A stretch of 64,000 nt of DNA, from the NCBI GenBank assembly GCA_045637825.1, contig JAZUAD010000005.1, positions 3,198 through 67,197 on the forward strand. Direction: 5' to 3'. The position numbers were made by a program, and so were the translations under genes. Each line of letters opens with the position of its first letter. Within the stretch, counting starts at the first letter, position 1. The notes below the pieces were generated by a model. It was not told the origin of the DNA, made no database searches, and saw only the letters and a program-made list of their open reading frames with translations. Below are positions 61,389 through 64,000 of this stretch, piece by piece. This DNA is from Candidatus Onthoplasma sp. Lineage in GTDB: Bacteria; Bacillota; Clostridia; Christensenellales; UBA1242.

Positions 61389-62954
61389 ATGAATTTGGCA
61401 CTATATAGAGAGTTTAGACCAACGACTTTTAAAGGTGTTATTGGTCAAAATCATATTACACGTACATTATCTAACCAAGTTGAAAGTGGCGAGTTGACGC
61501 ACGCATATTTGTTTACCGGAACTCGTGGTACAGGCAAAACTAGTTGTGCCAAAATTTTTAGTAAAGCAATAAATTGTATTTCTCCTATAAATGGTTCACC
61601 TTGTGGGAAATGTCAGGTTTGTAATGCGCTTGATTTGCCTAATACTGATGTGTTGGAAATTGATGCGGCAAGTAACAATCGTGTTGATGAAATTAGGGAT
61701 TTGCGTGAACGTGTAAAATATCCTCCAACAGTTGCTAGAAAAAAAGTTTATATTATAGACGAAGTGCATATGCTTACTGAAAGTGCGTTTAATGCATTAT
61801 TAAAAACGTTGGAAGAACCACCCGAATATGTGGTGTTTATTCTTGCTACAACCGAAGTGCATAAATTACCAGCAACAATATTATCACGTTGTACTAGATT
61901 TGATTTTAGGTTGCTAACAGTGGAAGAATTGGTTGCACACTTAAAATATGTATTTGAACAAAAAAGCATTAAATGTGATAAAAATAGTTTGTATTTAATA
62001 GCAACTCAAGGTGCAGGAAGTGTTCGTGATACCTTATCAATAGCGGATAGTGTATCGGCTTTTTGTGAAAAAAATATAACTTATGATAAATGTTTGGAAG
62101 TTTTAGGTTTAACTTCAAGTGAAGGGATATCTAAGTTGGTCGACAATATTATTTCGGGAAATGTTCAAGGAATTTTTAATGAAGTTAAAAGTATATTAAA
62201 TAGAGGTAAAAACATTACTTTACTTTGTAAAGAAATAACCGAATATTTTAAAAATTTATTACTTATTCAAGCGGGCGTAACAGATATAAGCACTTTAAAT
62301 ATTATGCCAAATGAATTTGAGTTGATGACTAAGCAGGCTAAGTTGATGGATAATGAGATAGTCAAATTTGCTTTTGACAAATTTGCTAGAATTGAGCTAG
62401 ATTTAAAGTATAGTGTAAACCCTCAAAGTTTGTTTGAGGCGGTTTGTGTGTCACTAATTAATCCAAACACGAAAAAATTAAATTTAGAAGTTAAACAAGT
62501 TGCTATAGATGTGCCCACAACAAACAATGTTGTAATAGAAATTCCTGAAATCAAATCAGAGAAAGCTGAAGTAGAAAAAAATATTATTAACAACAATGTG
62601 GTTAAGTCGAATATATCTAATGTAGGAACTTTTAGTCAAGAAATTGATAAACTTTGGGGCTCGGTGTTGTTGGAGATAAAAAAACGTAATATGTTTGCCT
62701 TGAGTTCGTCGCTAAAAGATGTGTACGGTGTTCATCTTGCGGGTAATTGTTTAGTTTTAAAAACAAATGACCAAAGCGTATTAAAATCAGTTGACGAACC
62801 TAGTCGTCTTGATGTAATATTAAGTATTGCGTCAACATTTAATAGCAATATTAAAAAAGTTGAAATTCAATATGACGAAACAAACAAAAGTAGTAAAGAT
62901 GTTGTTGCAGAATTAAAAAGCATCTTTATGGATAAATTAAAAATAAAGGAGTAA
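61389..62954 (+). CDS. dnaX: DNA polymerase III gamma/tau subunit
   Basis: ALYREFRPTTFKGVIGQNHI...HAYLFTGTRGTGKTSCAKIF, Zn module CGKCQVC, VYIIDEVHML and LKTLEEPP. Confidence 0.95.
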   Translation: MNLALYREFRPTTFKGVIGQNHITRTLSNQVESGELTHAYLFTGTRGTGKTSCAKIFSKAINCISPINGSPCGKCQVCNALDLPNTDVLEIDAASNNRVDEIRDLRERVKYPPTVARKKVYIIDEVHMLTESAFNALLKTLEEPPEYVVFILATTEVHKLPATILSRCTRFDFRLLTVEELVAHLKYVFEQKSIKCDKNSLYLIATQGAGSVRDTLSIADSVSAFCEKNITYDKCLEVLGLTSSEGISKLVDNIISGNVQGIFNEVKSILNRGKNITLLCKEITEYFKNLLLIQAGVTDISTLNIMPNEFELMTKQAKLMDNEIVKFAFDKFARIELDLKYSVNPQSLFEAVCVSLINPNTKKLNLEVKQVAIDVPTTNNVVIEIPEIKSEKAEVEKNIINNNVVKSNISNVGTFSQEIDKLWGSVLLEIKKRNMFALSSSLKDVYGVHLAGNCLVLKTNDQSVLKSVDEPSRLDVILSIASTFNSNIKKVEIQYDETNKSSKDVVAELKSIFMDKLKIKE

Positions 62955-62958
62955 ATTT

Positions 62959-63297
62959 ATGAGTAATTTTAGAGGTGGAATGGGTGGCTTTGGCGGAATG
63001 AATATGCAAAATTTAATGCGCCAAGCACAAAAAATGCAAGAAGATATGGTTAAGGCACAAGAGGAGTTAGAAAGCACAACTGTTGAAGGTGTTAGCGGTG
63101 GCGGAATGGTAAAGGTAACAATGTCTTGTGGTGGTGAAGTGAAGGGGGTTAAACTTATGCGTGAAGCGGTTGACCCGGATGATGTGGAAATGTTGGAAGA
63201 TTTAATCCTTGCAGCAATTAAAGATGCAAATTCAAAAGCAAAAGAAATTAAAGATAGTAAAATGGGTAGCTTTGGAAATCTTGGCGGATTGATGTAA
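62959..63297 (+). CDS. ybaB: Nucleoid-associated protein YbaB/EbfC
   Basis: NMQNLMRQAQKMQEDMVKAQEELE...GGGMVKVTMSCGGEVKGVKL. Sits in the dnaX-ybaB-recR context. Confidence 0.9.
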   Translation: MSNFRGGMGGFGGMNMQNLMRQAQKMQEDMVKAQEELESTTVEGVSGGGMVKVTMSCGGEVKGVKLMREAVDPDDVEMLEDLILAAIKDANSKAKEIKDSKMGSFGNLGGLM

Positions 63298-63305
63298 GGT
63301 GAGAT

Positions 63306-63902
63306 ATGTCTAATATTATTGAATCAATGGAAAGATTGGTCAATGAATTGTCAAAATTGCCTAGTTGTGGAAAAAAAACAGCACAACGTTATGCGTATTA
63401 TTTAATTAAGGCAGATAATGATGCGGTGGAAGCATTGCAAAATGCAATAACTGAAGCTAAGCAAAAAATACATTATTGTGCTAAGTGTGGCAATTTTACT
63501 GACAAAGAATTGTGTGACAACTGTTCCAGGGCTAACGTTGACCCTATTATTTGTGTAGTTAAAGAACCTAAAGATGTTTCGGCGCTTGAAAAAGTGTTAC
63601 AATTTAATGGTACGTACCACGTACTGCACGGTGTTATTAGTCCGCTGGAAAATAAAGGTCCAAATGATATTAATTTAAAAAGTTTGTTAACACGTGTTGG
63701 CGAGGAAAAAATCAAGGAAGTTATTATTGCTACAAATCCTGATGTGGAAGGTGAAGCAACTGCAATGTATATTGCCAATATTTTAAAACCATTAGGTGTT
63801 AAGGTTAGTCGTATTGCTCAAGGAGTTGCAATGGGTAGCGAACTGGAGTTCGCTGATGCTATAACTTTGGGTAAAGCAATTGAAAATCGTAGAGAAATGT
63901 AA
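63306..63902 (+). CDS. recR: Recombination protein RecR
   Basis: LVNELSKLPSCGKKTAQRYAYYL (HhH), Zn finger CAKCGNFTDKELCDNC and a Toprim domain (ICVVKEPKDV...ATNPDVEGEATAMY). Confidence 0.95.
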   Translation: MSNIIESMERLVNELSKLPSCGKKTAQRYAYYLIKADNDAVEALQNAITEAKQKIHYCAKCGNFTDKELCDNCSRANVDPIICVVKEPKDVSALEKVLQFNGTYHVLHGVISPLENKGPNDINLKSLLTRVGEEKIKEVIIATNPDVEGEATAMYIANILKPLGVKVSRIAQGVAMGSELEFADAITLGKAIENRREM

Positions 63903-63903
63903 A

Positions 63904-63934
63904 AACAAGTAGAAAAACGCCTACTTGTTTTTTT
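63904..63934 (+). terminator. Intrinsic terminator after recR
   Basis: Stem aacaagtag / ctacttgtt, then a T-run. Confidence 0.85.
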
Positions 63935-63943
63935 ATATAAAAA

Positions 63944-63969
63944 AACCTATTAGTGAAATCTAATAGGTT
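63944..63969 (-). terminator. Intrinsic terminator for a minus-strand gene lying mostly beyond the window end
   Basis: Stem aacctattag / ctaataggtt, with the T-run on the minus strand (plus-strand A-run 63937-63945). Confidence 0.5.
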
Positions 63970-64000
63970 TAACTTTTTATTTAAGATTTTGAGATTTCAT

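Noticed and set aside
1-64000. Mycoplasma-type genetic code 4 (TGA = Trp) or code 25, given the low GC and the lack of TGA stops.
   Set aside because: Under the standard code all conserved genes are full length with no in-frame TGA, and Trp is encoded by TGG. TGA is therefore not a commonly used sense codon here. The TGA avoidance itself is reported as a finding.
1-64000. Prophage, IS element, integrative element, tRNA or rRNA genes.
   Set aside because: I recognised no integrase, transposase, recombinase, capsid or terminase motifs, no terminal inverted repeats and no cloverleaf-capable intergenic segment.
63977-64000. Possible 3' end of a minus-strand gene at the window edge.
   Set aside because: Only about 8 codons are visible, so frame and identity cannot be established. 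Only its putative terminator is reported.

Overview
This is a low-GC chromosomal segment that looks like Bacillota (Firmicutes). Supporting markers are whiA, ricT, Bacillus-type dnaB-dnaI, mrnC and sigH. I found no rRNA, tRNA, CRISPR array, transposase or integrase. Most of the window is housekeeping genes on the + strand: ychF (minus strand), uppP, whiA, dnaE, rpsF-ssb-rpsR, glnS, alaS, rpsO, holB-ricT-yabB-like, rsmI, dnaB-dnaI-dut, tilS, rpmG-secE-nusG-rplK-rplA, mrnC-rlmB-sigH and dnaX-ybaB-recR. Most accessory genes lie on the minus strand or in inserts. The main candidate for a new system is a ~17 kb surface-structure island (22.3-39.0 kb) that splits the conserved yabB/rsmI neighbourhood. 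It encodes a 2790-aa lipoprotein with many FN3-like modules and a GLUG-repeat head. Next comes a SipW-type (ER/archaeal-type) signal peptidase, then five paralogous TasA-like proteins: an 882-aa multi-module form, two minor forms, one membrane-anchored form with a KSTT-repeat tail, and a separately transcribed putative major subunit. Other accessory items:
- a 4-gene flippase/glycosyltransferase cassette
- a pair of APH-like kinases followed by a GNAT remnant
- a second GLUG-repeat surface protein of 1030 aa
- a divergent ThyX-like protein
- a short AlaRS lacking the C-Ala domain
- a cluster of DnaA boxes upstream of dnaB-dnaI
- three apparently leaderless promoter/ATG arrangements.
Across the window, all 60 complete CDS end in TAA or TAG and none ends in TGA. 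Every call comes from reading the sequence and recalling family motifs; no database search was run.
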